Assembly: GCF_963921235.1 (NCBI RefSeq)
Contig: NC_086108.1
Coordinates: 16,182,001-16,246,000, forward strand
Direction of reading: 5' to 3'
Length of the DNA stretch: 64,000 nucleotides
DNA from: Mobula hypostoma
Taxonomy: Eukaryota
The notes under the pieces were generated by a model. It was not told the DNA's origin and searched no databases. It saw only the letters and a list, made by a program, of their open reading frames with translations. Within the stretch, counting starts at the first letter, position 1, and the number at the start of each line of letters is the position of its first letter. Positions 48,738-62,358 of this stretch are shown here, piece by piece. A program made the position numbers and the translations under genes.

Positions 48738-50640
48738 CTGCAAAAGGAGATATTGTATTTGTTGTGTGTAAAAGACAATACAAAGGTAAACTTTGGGATA
48801 CCTAAGGTTGTGCAGTTTTATTTCACTTTTTATCCTAACTTCAGGATCGCCTCTACCCTTAGCTGTTGGGTGCCCCACAGACACCCATGCACTCTGAAGA
48901 GCACTAATACTTTAGTTAGAAGCTCCAGAGGATTTGGGGAAATATCAATGGATGTGTCCAATTGATCCCGCACCATACGATATTAGGGCTTAAAGAGTTA
49001 AATTATAAAGACACATAGATTGACTAAGTTTGTATTACTGGAGTGTGCAGCCTGAGGAACTGTTCCACTGAGATATTTAAGATGACTGAAGATTACAGAG
49101 AAACTGCTTGTGCTTGCAGAGCCACCTTCAAGTTAACATCAGGGTTATTCATGAGTGACACTGAAATATGGAGCTCTGCCCAAAAAGCTCAAGATGGGGC
49201 TATGAAAAATAAGTTTTGTTGTTAGATGGGATTATTAAGGTTTTGAAGATGAGTTACTACAGACTGGACACAATCTATTCATTTACGAAGCACTAGTAGC
49301 CTTATACTGTTTACTGTAAATGCGCATTATTTGTTATTTGTGGTAATATTACTGTGAGTTATACGTGTTGTGCACCTTAATCTGGAGGAACATTGTTTCA
49401 TTTGGTGGTATACATGTATATGGCTGAATGATGATAAACTTGAACATAATCTAATTCATTAATGTTACAAAGGTTGAGGAACTAATTTCCTCCTCTGTTC
49501 ACATTCTTTTGAAACGATTTATAGCAGTCACAGTGCAACACCTTTCTAAATCACAATATTGATAGGGATAGGGTGCTTTAACATTTCGCTGGAACAGGGC
49601 ACTGACATAAAACTCAAGAAAGGCTTTTTAATGGATTTCCTTTTCTTTCTGTTTGTGGAGTCGAGACCAAAAGGTCCCTATTGATTTTGGAAGATAAAGA
49701 ACAGGAATTTAAACTGCTCAGGGACAAAGAACGCCGCTCACAAACCACACAACATGACTGGAGTAGTAAGTTATTATATTACTTCCAAGATAGAAATACA
49801 TTTATGAAGCAGGAAAAAGTGAGCTCTGGTCTATATCTAGAGGGCACAAGCCTCAAGCTGAAAACATAAGCGAATACTTTACTTTTTGATTGGTTTAATG
49901 GCAGCTTTTTATTTTATTTTTAATTTATTTAGTAATACGGTGTGTGGTAGTGCCTTCTGGCCCTTCAAATCACGCCACCCCAACAAATCCAATTAATGCT
50001 AACCTAATCATGGGACAATTTACAATGACCAATTAACTTAACTCTGTGGACTGTGGAAGGAAACCAAAGGAACCTGGGAAAACCCAAGCATTTCACGGGG
50101 AGGACGTACAGAGATCTTACAGAATGGCTCCAGAATTAAACTTTGAACTCCGGAATGGCCCAAACTGTAATAGCGTCACACTAATTACTACGCTTCTGTG
50201 ACATTTTTAAAGCCAAATGGAGGGAAATTATTGCTAAGCCTGACACTTACTGTTTGCTCTCAAGATGCAACTTTTGTGGGAACATTATTTCTACAGTACT
50301 ACAAAGTTGGGATTCTGACTAATAAATGACGCAAGATCTTCAGATGGTATTCAATTTGGATAAGTTCTTCTTAGCAGTCAGCTAGCTTTATCCTTAGAGT
50401 GGTGCTGTCATAAAGTCAGATTATAATGCTAACTCTTGGGAAATTTTGAAATGTTTCTAGTTTTCAGGTCAATTTGAAACGTAAACCATTTTCTTAGAAC
50501 ATACAGTATATAAAAGCAGGCATAAAGACACAAAGGCATATGGCATTTGAAATAGGTTGAATTCACTAATGCAGAGATAACAGTCCTATAATTAAGGACA
50601 AGTAAAAACTCTACTACTTTAGAACAGGAATTGGATTTAC

Positions 50641-50763
50641 CAGAATGTGATCCACTCGGTCCCGTTTCTTCCTGCCAAATTTCATCATTTTTTGCCAGTC
50701 AGTCTTATGGTTTTGTTCTTTACTGAACCCAAACAGCTTCAGGACTTCACTGGAAATGAAACT
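50641..50763 (-). CDS. CEP350: CEP350 coding exon (123 nt)
   Basis: atag|SFISSEVLKLFGFSKEQNHKTDWQKMMKFGRKKRDRVDHIL|gtaaa; absent from the ORF track, read manually. Confidence 0.95.
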
Positions 50764-51124
50764 CTATGGACAGAAGCATAGGAGAAATACCAACTGCTGC
50801 ACACATCATAATACTCACACTGCGGCCCCACAGCTTTCAACCCTCCCCTAAAGAGTTTGCCTTCTACAATTTCTTCTTTTGATCAAATTTATAGCTTTAT
50901 TTCAAATTGTAGCAAACTTAAAGCACCAGCAAAATTTAATATATGTAATAAATAAACCTTCAAGACTGAAGATAAAGGTGGATTCCAGAAAGTCGTAGAG
51001 AGCCACAGGGGATGGTAGAATTGAACTGATGAAGAACTAGGGGAGGTTTAAAAAACAGAAGAAAGCAGTCTGTTGAACTCTTCTCTGAGAATGAGCAGTC
51101 TATTTCCTTGCCTATTACGTGTGT

Positions 51125-51405
51125 TGGGGTGGTACACAGCTGGTAGAGCCACAGCCTCACAACACCAGAGGCTGGGGTTCAACCCCAACTTTGGATGTTG
51201 TCTACATGGAGTTTACACGTTTTCTCGGTGACTAATAGATTAACTGGCCACTGTAAATTGTCCTGAGTGTGTAAACAAGTGGAAGAATCTGTGGGGAGAT
51301 GACAATGTGGAGAGAAAAATGGGATCAATGTAGTATTTGTGCAAATGGATGACTGATAGTCTGTATAGGCTTGGGAGGCTGAAAGACTGGTTTCTATGCT
51401 GTACC
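51125..51405 (+). mobile_element. tRNA-derived SINE (V-SINE/HE1-like); related decayed copies near 12715-12970, 13090-13350, 46330-46590 and 49925-50190
   Basis: A/B-box-like head (TGGTACACAGCTGG...GGTTCAACCC), GGAGTTTACACGTTTTCTC core and a LINE-like tail. Confidence 0.65.
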
Positions 51406-52146
51406 TATCTGAATACCTCAATACAAGCTGTAAAAGATTACACCAGAGCATTCAAAAGGGAACAAATTTTCAGGAGGATAAATTTATTGCATCATTCAAC
51501 ATGGCCCTGTGAATAGTCCACCACTGCCCGCTACCGTAATCTTTACCCCCAACAACCTCCCCAAAGTGTCATTATTAATTTGTTCCTAATCATCTGAGCA
51601 GGGCAGGTGAAGGGAAAGTAACTAATGAATATCAGTAATGAGTCTTGGAGGTGAAAAGGCATGGTTCATTCATTATGTTGTTAATTTGTGGGTCACATTG
51701 AAATCTGATGATCTGCCTTTCACACATTATTCAACACTTGTGCCATCCCAGCTTTGTGTGCTGGATGTTTTTGGATTGGCCTTATTCATCAAGATTAGTC
51801 AGTGAAGCATCATTCTATTTCACCTTAAAAGGTGCAACATTATGTAAGAATATCGTAAATTTTGTTTCTGATTAGTATTCTGGAAGGAAGCTGAGAAAAG
51901 TTACAGATTTTTCACTGGTTTATACTAAAATCTGACACAATGGAGACAAATAAAAAAAATGTTGAGTTAAGTGAAAAAAGGAAGACAGTCTATAATGTAT
52001 TTCAGATGTGCTGACGATGGGATTTCTCAGTGACCAAAACATGTGGCCACTTCACAAAAACAAAGTCCTTTGTCGTTGCAGTCTACACAATTCAGCTCAA
52101 ATCCATCATTTTCCTGCACTATTTCTGATAAGCAAGGAAAAGTTAC

Positions 52147-52293
52147 CTTCACTTCACTGATATCCTGTGGGTTCCTCACTCGCCTAAAATAAGCAGAGCA
52201 GTTCCTGCTCGACTTCATCCATGGAGGTTGCCTGGCATTGGGGTCTTCTGCAAAAATCTCACTGAATATCTCTCTTGTTAAGTTAAATATAGC
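52147..52293 (-). CDS. CEP350: CEP350 coding exon (147 nt)
   Basis: ccag|AIFNLTREIFSEIFAEDPNARQPPWMKSSRNCSAYFRRVRNPQDISEVK|gtaac; phase 0-0. Confidence 0.95.
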
Positions 52294-52879
52294 CTGGAAG
52301 AGGAAAGAAATTTAATTAATTTCTCTTATCATAGAGAAAGGATACTGCATTGAACAAATTCTCAACAATAAAGCATAAATTTGTTTGCTTTGGCCCCGGG
52401 ATAAGTAGAGAATTCTTTTAGTGCAAGAGTTCATGTACAAACAGTTTTAGAATAGCAGCACCTTAAAACTACCAACAGCAAGTAGCATCTGTGTTTAAAA
52501 ATTATTCTTCAAAGAGAAGTGCTAAAAAAAACACCCCAAGTTCATTTTTCACCGTGTTAAGATTTGTAGCATTTTATGACTAGAGCTATCACATTTTTCT
52601 CCCTATTTTCTGCAAGACTGAGTAATAACTTGGTATAAATCTATGAGTAAAAGGTGAGGTGAATTATCTGGTGAAGAGTAAAGATCCACATGTGGATCTG
52701 CCCTTAGCTGCTTCAGTAATGGACAGACATAATGCTAGAGACACCAACACCACCAAATACGGGTTGCAGAAGTTAAAATTATGAAAATTGTAAAAAAAAA
52801 CACTGGACGCAGATAAGCACGATGAGAAGATACCAAAATTCAAATTTACAGAAATCTAATGTAATGCATTTCTAAAGGA

Positions 52880-55800
52880 GGGAATGATCGAGGCACAACT
52901 GCGCAAGGGATCAAGGCATGACTGCGTAAGCGCGTGGATGTCAGTGAGTTAGACTGGCAGGAAGGATTTAAAAGAAGACAGCTTTATAGAGCGGGCGCCA
53001 GAGGAGTGGGCGACAGAGAAGAGGGAGACAGAGAAGAGGGAGACAGAGAAGAGGGAGACAGAGAAGAGGGAGACAGAGAAGAGGGAGACAGAGTAGGAGG
53101 GCTTTGGTTCAGCAGAGCTTTGGCGATAGTGCTTTGAGGTGAAGTTATCTACTGGTGAGGAACAGAAAGTATGTCTGTGAGGCCGGTGTTCTGTACTGGG
53201 TGTCAGATGTGGTATGTCCGAGAGATTCCCAGCCTCCCGGAATGCCACATTTGCGCCAGGTGCATAGAGCTGCAGCTCCTTAGGGACCGCATCAGGGAAC
53301 TGGAGATGCAGCTCGATGACCTTCATCTGGTCAGGGAAAGTGAAGAGGTGATAGAGAGAAGCTATGGGCAAGTAGTCACACTGGGGCCTTGGGGGGGTAA
53401 CAGTAAGGAGACGGAAGGGCAAGAGTTAGATACTAGAAGTTATCCCAGTGGCTGTCCCCCTTAACAACAAGTACTCCTGTTTGAGTACTGTTGGGGGGGG
53501 GGGAGAGGGGGCAGAACAACCTACCTGGGGAAGCAACGGTGGCCACGTCTCTGGCATAGAGTCTGGCCCTGTGGCACAGAAGGGTAGGGAAAGGAAGAGA
53601 ATGGCAGCAGTGATAGGGAACTCTATAGTTAGGGGTCAGACAGGCGATTCTATGGATGCAGGAAAGAAACACGGATGGTAGTTTGCCTCCCAAGTGCCAG
53701 GGTCTGGGATATTTCTGATAGCGTCCACGATATCCTGAAGTTGGAAAGTGAACAGCCAGAGGTTGTGGTACATATTGGTACCCAGGACACAGGTAGGAAA
53801 AGGGAGGAGGTCCTGAAAACAGACTACAGGGAGTTAAGAAGGAGATTGAGAAGCAAGACCTCAAAAGGTAGTAATCTCGGGATTACTGCCTGTGCCACGT
53901 GACAGTGAGTATAGGAATAGAGTGAGGTGGAGGATAAATGCATGTCAGAGGGATTGGAGCAGGGGGCAGGGATTCAGATGTCTGGACCATTGGGACTTCT
54001 TTTGGGGCAAGCGCAACCTGTACAAAAAGAACGGGTTGCACTTGAATCCAAGGGGGACCAATATCCTGGCAGGGAGGTTTGCTAAGGCCACTGGGGAGAG
54101 TTTAAACTAGAATTTCTGGGGGGGGGGGAGTGGGTGGGAACCTAACTGAAGAGATGGAGGAAGCAGAGGTTGGTCACAAATAGAGAAAGCTTGGAGACAG
54201 TGTGAGAGGGAGAGTAGGCAGATGATAGAAGAGGGATGCGCTCAGACTGATGGTTCGAGATGTGTCTATTTTAATGCAAGGAGTATTATGAACAAAGCGG
54301 ATGAGCTTAGAGTGTGGATGAGTACTTGGAGCTATGATGTTGTGGCCATTACAGAGACTTGGACGACTCAGGGGCAGGAATGGCTATTTAAGAGTGCCAG
54401 GCTTTAGATGTTTCAGTGAGAACAGGGAGGGAGGCAAAAGAGGTGGGGGGGGGGCATGGCACTGCTGATCACAGAGTGTCACGGCTGCAGAAAAGGAGGA
54501 AGTCATGGAGAGATTGTCTACTCTGTGGGTGGAAGTTAGAAACATGAAGGGGTCAATAACTTGACTGGGTGTTTTTTTTATGGACCTCTCAATAGTAACA
54601 GGAACATCGAGGAGCAGATAGGGAGACAGATTCTGGAAAGGTGTAATAGTAACAGGGTGATGGTGGTGAGAGATTTTAATTTCCCAAATACCGATTGGCA
54701 TGTCCCTAGAGTGAGGAGTATAGATGGGGTGGAGTTTGTTAGGTGTGTTCAAGAGGTTTCCTGCCACAATATGTAGATAAGACTACAGGAGAGGCTGCAC
54801 TTGATCTGGTATTGGGAAATTAACCTGGTCAGGTGTCAGGTCTCTCAGTAGGAGAGCATTTTGGAGATAATGAACACAATTCTTCCTCCTTTACCATAGC
54901 ATTGGAGAAGGATAGGAACAGATAAGTTAGGAAAGCGTTTTATTGGAGTAAGGAGAAATATGAAGCAATCAGGCAGGAACTTGGAAGTATAAATTGGGAA
55001 CAGATGTTCTCAGGGAAATGTACAACAGTAATGTGGCAAATGTTCAGGGGATATTTGCGTAGTGTTCTGCATAGGTACATTCCAATGAGATGGGCAAAGG
55101 ATGGTAAGGTACAGGAACCATGGTGTACAAAGGCTGTTGAAAATCGAGTCAAGAAGTTTTATGAAAGGTTCACAAAACTAGGTAATGATAAGAGATCTAG
55201 AAAATCATAAAGCTAGCAGGAAGGAGCTTAAGAATGAAATTAGGAGAGCCAGAAGGGGCCATGAGAAGGCCTTGGTGAGCAGGATTAAGGAAAACCCTAA
55301 GGCATTCTACAATTATGTGAAGAGCAAGAGGATAAGACATCAGAGAATAGGACCTATCAAGTGTGACAGTGGAAAAGTGTGTATGGAACTGGAAGAGATA
55401 GCAGAGGTACTTAGTGAATACTTTGCTTCAGTATTTACTACAGAAAAGGACCTTAGCGATTGTAGGGATGACTTACAGCATCAAGTTGGATAAGTCATCA
55501 GGACCGGATGAGATATACCCCAGGCTACTATGGGAGGGTAGGGAGCAGATTGCTGATCCTCCGGTAATGATCTTTGCATCATCAATGGGATGGGAGAGGT
55601 TCTGGAGGATTGGAGGGTTGCAGATGTTGTTCTCTTATTCAAGAAAGGGAATAGAGATATCCCAGTGAGTCTTACTTCAGTGGTTGGTAAGTTGATGGAG
55701 AAGATCCTGAGAGGCAGGATTTATGAACATTTGGAGAGGCATAACATGATTAGGAATAGTCAGCATAGCTTTGTCAAAGGCAGGTCATGCCTTACAAGCC

Positions 55801-57040
55801 TGATTGAATTTTTTGAGGATGTGACTAAACACATTGGGGAAGGTAGACCAGTAGATGTAGTGTATATGGATTTTAGCAAGGCATTTGATAAGTATCCCCT
55901 GCAAGGCTTATTGAGAAAGTGAGGAGGCATGGGATCCAAGCTTGCTTTGTGGTTCCAGAACTGGTTTGCCCACAGAAGGCAAAGAGTGGTTGTAGATGGG
56001 TCATATTCTGCATTGAAGTCGGTGACCAGTGGTGTGCCTCAGGGATCTTTTCTGGGACGCCTCCTCTTTGTGATTTTCATAAATGACCTAGATGAGGCAG
56101 TGGAGGGAAGGGTTAGTAAATTTGCTGATGACACAAAGGTTGGAGGTGTTGTGGATAGTGCTGAGAGCTGTCAGAGGTTATAGTGGAACATCGATAGGAT
56201 GCAAGACTGGACTGAGAAGTGGCAGATGGCGTTCAACCCAGATAAATGTGAAGTGGTTCATTTTGGTAGGTCAAATATGGTGGCAGAATATAGTATTAAT
56301 GGTAAGACACTTGGCAGTGCGGAGGATCAGAGGGATCTTGTGGGTCCGTGTTCATAGGACACTCAAAGCTGCTGCGCAGGTTGACTCTGTGGTTCAGAAG
56401 GCATACGGTGCATTGGCCTTCATCAATGGTGGGATTGAGTTTAGGAGCCGCGTGGTAATGTTACAGCTTTATAGGACCCTGGTCAGACCCCACCTGGAGT
56501 ACTGTGCTCAGTTCTGGTCACCTCACTACAGGAAGGATGTGGAAACAATAGAAAGGGTGCAAAGGAGATTTACAAGGATGTTGTCTGGATTGGGGAGCAT
56601 GCCCTATGAGAATAGGGAATAGAGAGCAAACTTGGCCTTTTCTCCTTGGAGCAACGGAGGATGAGAGGCGACCTAATAGAGGTGTATAAGATGATGAGAG
56701 GCATTGATCGTGTGGATAGTCAGAGGCTTTTTCCCAGGGCTGAAATGGCTAACACGAGCGGGCCGTTTTAAGGTGCTTGGAAGTAGGTACAGAGAAAATG
56801 TCAGGGGCAAGTTTTTTTTTAAGACACAGAGGGAGGTGAGTGCATGGAATGGGCTACTGTCGACGGTGGTGGAGGCGGATACGAGGGGGTCTTTTAAGAG
56901 ACTCCTCAATAGGTACATGGAACTTAGAAAAATAGAGGGTTCTGGGTAACCCTGGGTAATTTCTAAAATAAGTACATGTTGGGCACAGCACTGTGGGCCG
57001 AAGTGCCTGTACTGTGCTGTAGGTTTTCTATGTTTCTATG
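52880..57040 (+). mobile_element. Near full-length decayed CR1 LINE in a CEP350 intron (antisense to the gene)
   Basis: ORF1 Cys/leucine-zipper start (CTGCQMW..CARC..LRDRIRELEMQL) and esterase motifs (VIGNSIVR, VHIGTQD, GLHLN); ORF2 APE (YFNARS, ITETW) and RT pieces; TTTCTATG tail. The 5' boundary is approximate. Confidence 0.9.
53012..53093 (+). repeat. 15-bp tandem repeat (GACAGAGAAGAGGGA) x5 in the CR1 5' UTR
   Basis: Perfect copies visible directly. Confidence 0.95.
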
Positions 57041-57285
57041 AACTGCAATGAAAAGATTTAATAAAGTTAGCAAAAGGCAGAAGAGTAGTCACTCGTATAG
57101 ACAATTAGTAGAATAAATAAGTTCATAAAATAAACTGATAACTTTCTCACTGAGACACAAAACACAAGTGTGAAGAGAAAATGTTAACTGTTTAAAACCT
57201 TAGTTCTAATGTTCTGTACCATTTCTATAGCACTTGAGTATTTAGGGTGTAATTTCAGTAATATAGAAAGAGGAGAAAGGGTTTG

Positions 57286-57797
57286 CAGACATCCCACTCT
57301 GCAAAAACTCATATCAGGGAGGTAGCACCATCAATTTGCGGGAGACTCCTGGAACTTCCGGGAGAGGTGGGATGTCTGCAGTAGAGTAGCTCCTTAGCAG
57401 CTAGCCAGCTAGCTTAAATAACGTTAGCTATGCTACTGAACGAATGACACCTGTTAAACTCACCACAACATCTCTTTTACAGTATTAACCCACCATGGGC
57501 AATAGAAAAGTCACTGTTGCCAACAGTGCAGTGAGCAACACTGTCATTATTTTTGACCCCTATTAGGCAGGGGTGCACTGTAGTGTGGTCTAGGGTGATG
57601 TACGTTTCATATTTTCTTTTTTGAACACTCTCCCATGGTGCACGCGTGCGCTCTCTCTCTCTTGCGCTCGCTCCGTCACGTGCCCTCTCTCTCAAAAAAG
57701 TTGATTTCCGGGACACTGTATATAATTTGTGGGCATCAGGGAGCCACTATTAATATGCAGGAGACTCCCAGAACTTCCGGGAGAGGTGGGATGTCTG
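57286..57797. mobile_element. Non-autonomous TIR DNA element (MITE, possibly hAT-like)
   Basis: CAGACATCCCAC...GTGGGATGTCTG termini flanked by a GGTTTG direct repeat; internal duplicate of the right end at 57338-57378. Confidence 0.65.
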
Positions 57798-58199
57798 GGT
57801 TTGGCAGTATAAAGTTAGATTTGAGCAACTGTTTTTCATACTAAGAATAAAACATGAACCTTATGGTAAAAGAGTTTGAGAGTACAAATGCTTGTTTATT
57901 GTGTCACACTGATACCACAGTGGCAAAGGAGAAAAGGAAAATAATTTTTAAAAAATATGGACAAAGAATAGCCGGGTAAAAGCACAAATTACCCCAAAAA
58001 AATAGAGGACGAAAGGGGAATCAATGAGTAGGTAGAACTTTGGGAGCGCGCCTCAAAGGCAGCATTCACCCACTTTGGATCTGGAAAAGACAAATTGGAA
58101 TACTTTATAATTAGCCAGAGAATAGAAACTGAGTGATGGAAAAAGATTTAGGATTGAGTTGACACAGGAAATTTACCAGTGCTGCAAAAATCAACTTTA

Positions 58200-59830
58200 T
58201 TCAAGGGCCATTTAGTCTAATACAATAGTAGAGAAGTTACGGTGGTGGGGGGGGGGTGTGTGGAAAATCACTGAGAATAGGATCAATCTATACTTGGAAA
58301 AGCTGAATCTCAGAGATTTGTGATTGGAGATGCTGTCTTGATTAATTTAATTGAGTTTTTTTGAATTAAGTCACTAACATATTGATGAGGTCAGTGCAAT
58401 TGATGTGATTTACATGAGAATCAGTGAAATTTTGATCATTCGCTTGGGAAATTATGGGATCCAAGGAAAGTTAGCAAATTGGGTACCAAATTGCTTTGGT
58501 AATAGGAGGCAGACCTCCAAGAGAACCACAACTTTGTCATGGTTCAGAGGCTTGTGCCTCAATGATCCGGAGAACTATGCAGGCTCTTTTTTATGCTTTG
58601 GCTCTTGGTAGGGTCAAACAGGTCAAAGGGGAGAGGCCAGACCAAGAGTGATCCACTGATCCTCAGGTTCGGGGGTTCAGCTCAGGACTGACAGGTTAAA
58701 AAAAAATGTTTCGGAAACAGCAATGAAGAATCCTTTTATATCTGTATGCAACAGTATTCTTGATTTTCCATCTGGGACTTGCAAGACTAACATTAAACCA
58801 GGAGGAAGTTACTGACATGATAAAGGAAGCAGTGAACGCCACAAGAGATGGAGAACCTTCATTGCTGCCCTAAACGCCAGTGGCATAATGGGCAAAAGAA
58901 GAATAGGAGACAGAGGTGATGGTAGAAGATTGCTTTTGTTATTGGAAGCTGTAATTAGTGTTGTGGCTCAGAGATAGGTGCTTCTGATGTACACTGATGA
59001 ATGCAGAATGTATTATCAATAAACTTTCAGATGACAAAAATTAGTGTTGTTGAAAGGAACATAGTCTTAGGCTAAAAATTATCATGTTCAGCTGGTAAAC
59101 TGGACAGGATACTGGCAGGTATAATTTATCCTGCTAAGTGTGATGGGTTGCATTTTAGGAAGTTTTATAAGGGCAGGCTATGCATCATGACTGGTAGGGC
59201 CCTATGTGGTCTTGTGGAACAGATGGCATATGAGGTGTTTGATTTCATTAATTGAGACATTAAGTCTGACAAGGAGGTCTTGGTGCAACCTTACAAAATA
59301 TTGATTAGGTCACAGCTACAGTGCTGTGCACCTTTTTAGTTGCAATCATATAGGAGGATATGATTGCTTTGAAGAGGATGTAGAGGGCACTCACCAGGAT
59401 AGGCTGGGTTTGTTTTCCTTGGAGCAGAAGAGTCTGAGTGATGGTGACAGGGTGATGAGGGCTTGCTGAAAGAAGTATACAAAATTATGAGAGGCATAGG
59501 TAGGGCAATAGGTCAGCTACTAAAACCATACTCCTACAGCAGGGGTTTATGAGAGAGCAGAGGTATACAAGAGAACATTGCTTTAAGGTGAAGAGTGAGA
59601 TTCAGAAGAGAATGGAGAGAGAGCTACTTCAAACTTAGGGAGTTTGGAATTTGGAATGTTCTGCTTGAAGGGATATACTGCAAACTGAATCTCCCAATAT
59701 TTTACTAGCAATTCAATAAGCACTTGAGTTACCAAATATAATAGGCTAAGGACCAAGTGCTGCTAAATGGAATTAGTACAGCAGGAACATGGTGGGCTGG
59801 AGATGCAACTTCTGTGCTGTATGACTTCTC
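58200..59830 (+). mobile_element. Very old CR1 fragment with a ~390-bp insertion (58514-58901)
   Basis: Degenerate CR1 RT and 3' sequence; the insertion is flanked by AATAGGAGGCAGA / AATAGGAGACAGA. Confidence 0.55.
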
Positions 59831-59920
59831 ATTACAAGATCTATATCAGTTATGTATATAGTCATCCAGATTCACTTTAGGGTAACATTTAATGAGATAC
59901 AACTTATGTTTTGAGCTCAC

Positions 59921-60313
59921 CTCACAATATACTCTTTTGCTGACACTTTCTACATTTTGTCCTTTGTTATTTCCAAAATAATCCTGGGGTAACTGAATAT
60001 CCCACAGACTGTGTGCCAACTCCTGCCACTTCCAAAGCTCTTCAGCAGCTGTGTGAACTAACTTCTCAACCTCCAGTGCATCATGAGGTACAGCAAAATA
60101 CTGCTCTTCACGGATTTTCAGAGCCACAGTCTTTGGTAATTGTGGCTCTAGCTCTGGTCCTGGCTGCTGCACTTTGCGAGAACTTAGTCCAAAGTCTTCA
60201 TCAAACCAGTCCTGGTCATCTCCCAGATCATCAAGGAGCTCGCGGCTCAATTCCAGCTCTGCAAGGCGCTTGGCCAATTCTTCCTGCCCACTTGTGCCAA
60301 ACACTGGGCTGCC
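59921..60313 (-). CDS. CEP350: CEP350 coding exon (393 nt)
   Basis: acag|GSPVFGTSGQEELAKRLAELELSRELLDDLGDDQDWFDEDFGLSS...SKRVYCE|gtgag; characteristic CEP350 C-terminal sequence, phase 0-0. Confidence 0.95.
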
Positions 60314-61883
60314 CTGTCACAGACAACAGAAGCAAGTTAAGAATCACAAAGCAAGAAATAAATAAATAGGCAAAACAAACTTTAAATAAAATGTGGAATT
60401 TTGATTCTAAACCCAAGGCTGCAGAACATAAATCTGGAAAAGATGTAAGCAACATGTGTAATGGGTTAGAAAGTGGCAATGACCTTGTGCATTCCAATTT
60501 GCCATAGATTGGTACAAATGTGACAGACACACTTAGAACCCAAAAAACAAAACAATTTCCAATTCAACAAGAATGATTCTCACCTCCTCACCCTGTACCT
60601 TTTTAAGTTAATTAAAAATAATTCATAACACTCAATCTAAAAGAGAAAAAAATCTTTACTGGCAATAGGTTTCAAAGTATATCTCTGACAATCCAGCACT
60701 CTAATGGGTTTTGGTGCCAGAGTAGTAGATTTTCCACAATATTGGATATTACTCCTATTAATATCCCAACATATTTTAGTAAACAAAAATTATATGCATA
60801 CTATAACAAATTTTCCCGTGAACCACTGTGGCCCTGCTGGTGGAAAGGAAAAACCTGGTGAACTGGATGGGAACTATTAGCATCAGTCAAATAGCAATTA
60901 CTGGAATTTTACTGTACTTTCAGCAGCCTTAATTATAAATCCACACATTCCAAACAAGGTATGTGTACTGTATCAATGTAGTCCATCAATATGTCTAATA
61001 GTTATTTCTCCAATTAAGGAAAATTTAATATTAGTGATACGTGAAGGGTTGAGGAAGACAGGAGAAGATCTGCTTTTGATCTGTTTTGGTCAGTCAGGTT
61101 GTGGTGAAACCAATCTCCTTTCCCCAAACTAAAATGAAAACTGATTACAGCATCCAACTGTGTCTTTGGCACTTCAGAAAAAAATGGATTCTCTTAATTT
61201 ACTTTTAATAAGGTCACATCCAGTTTAACTGTTGGATACATTTTTCCTCCAACATTGTCCAAATATTAGCCAAATAGTCAAAGACAGAATCCATTTGTCT
61301 CATTATCCAGAATGCCATTGTTTGAGTGGACCACAGTTATTTCAATTTAGCCACATCATGTGTATTAATATGGAAAGCAGGAGGACTTCTAACACTTCCA
61401 TGAGGAGACTGTTTGTCCAGATGAACATTATTAACAATAATGCAACCGTGCTCTCTCTTCTCTATTGAGTGCTGTTGGATTTGGTTTGTTGAGAATTTAC
61501 AGCACTTCTTCCACAAGTCACATTTCTCACAAAATCTTTTTCTTTAAAATTAAAAAGTGCAAATTTTAGTCATAGTCATACTTTATTGATCCCGGGGGAA
61601 ATTGGTTTTCGTTACAGTTGCACCATAAATAATAAATAGTAATAGAACCATAAATAGATAAATAGTAATATGTAAATTCTCTAAAAGATCTCTAAAAAAT
61701 TTTAACAGTTTCAGGGAGGGGCAATGATAGGGTGAGAGATGTTCTTGTACAAGTCATGATTATATGATGTCACCAAATATACAGCAGAAACTTCTACCAA
61801 ACAAACATTAGAGACACCAAGAGACCACTGATCAGCCTCTTGTCTCACCAAACATTATTAATTGGATGGTCTGTATACACTTA

Positions 61884-62358
61884 CGAGGGGTGATTGATAA
61901 GTTTGTGGCCTAAGGTAGAAGGAGTCAATTTTAGAAAACATTGCACATTTATTTTTCAACATAGTCCCCTCCTACATTTACACACTTAGTTCAGCAGTCG
62001 TGGAGCATACGGACCCCTTCTTTGTAGAAGTCGGCGTCTTGGACCTCCAGAAAGTGGTCCACAGCAGGGGTGATTGATAAGTTTGTGGCCTAAGGTGGAA
62101 GAAGATGAGTTATACAGCTCTTGTTACATGCACATGCAGTTCAACTCTTTGAGTGAGTATGCAGAAAGTTTGAAGTTATCCTTCAATCCTTCTAGAAGTC
62201 CAAGGTGCCAACTTCTACAAAGAAGGGATCCATATGCTCCATGACCGCTGGACTAAATGTGTAAATGTAGGAGGGGACTATGTTGAAAAATAAATATGCT
62301 AGGTTTTCTAAAATTGACTCCTTCTACCTTAGGCCACAACCCTACCAATCACCCCTTG
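61884..62358. mobile_element. Mariner-derived palindromic MITE
   Basis: TA|CGAGGGG terminus, ~165-bp inverted arms; the right arm encodes the mariner C-terminus FYKEGIHMLHDRWTKCVNVGGDYVEK*. Confidence 0.85.
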
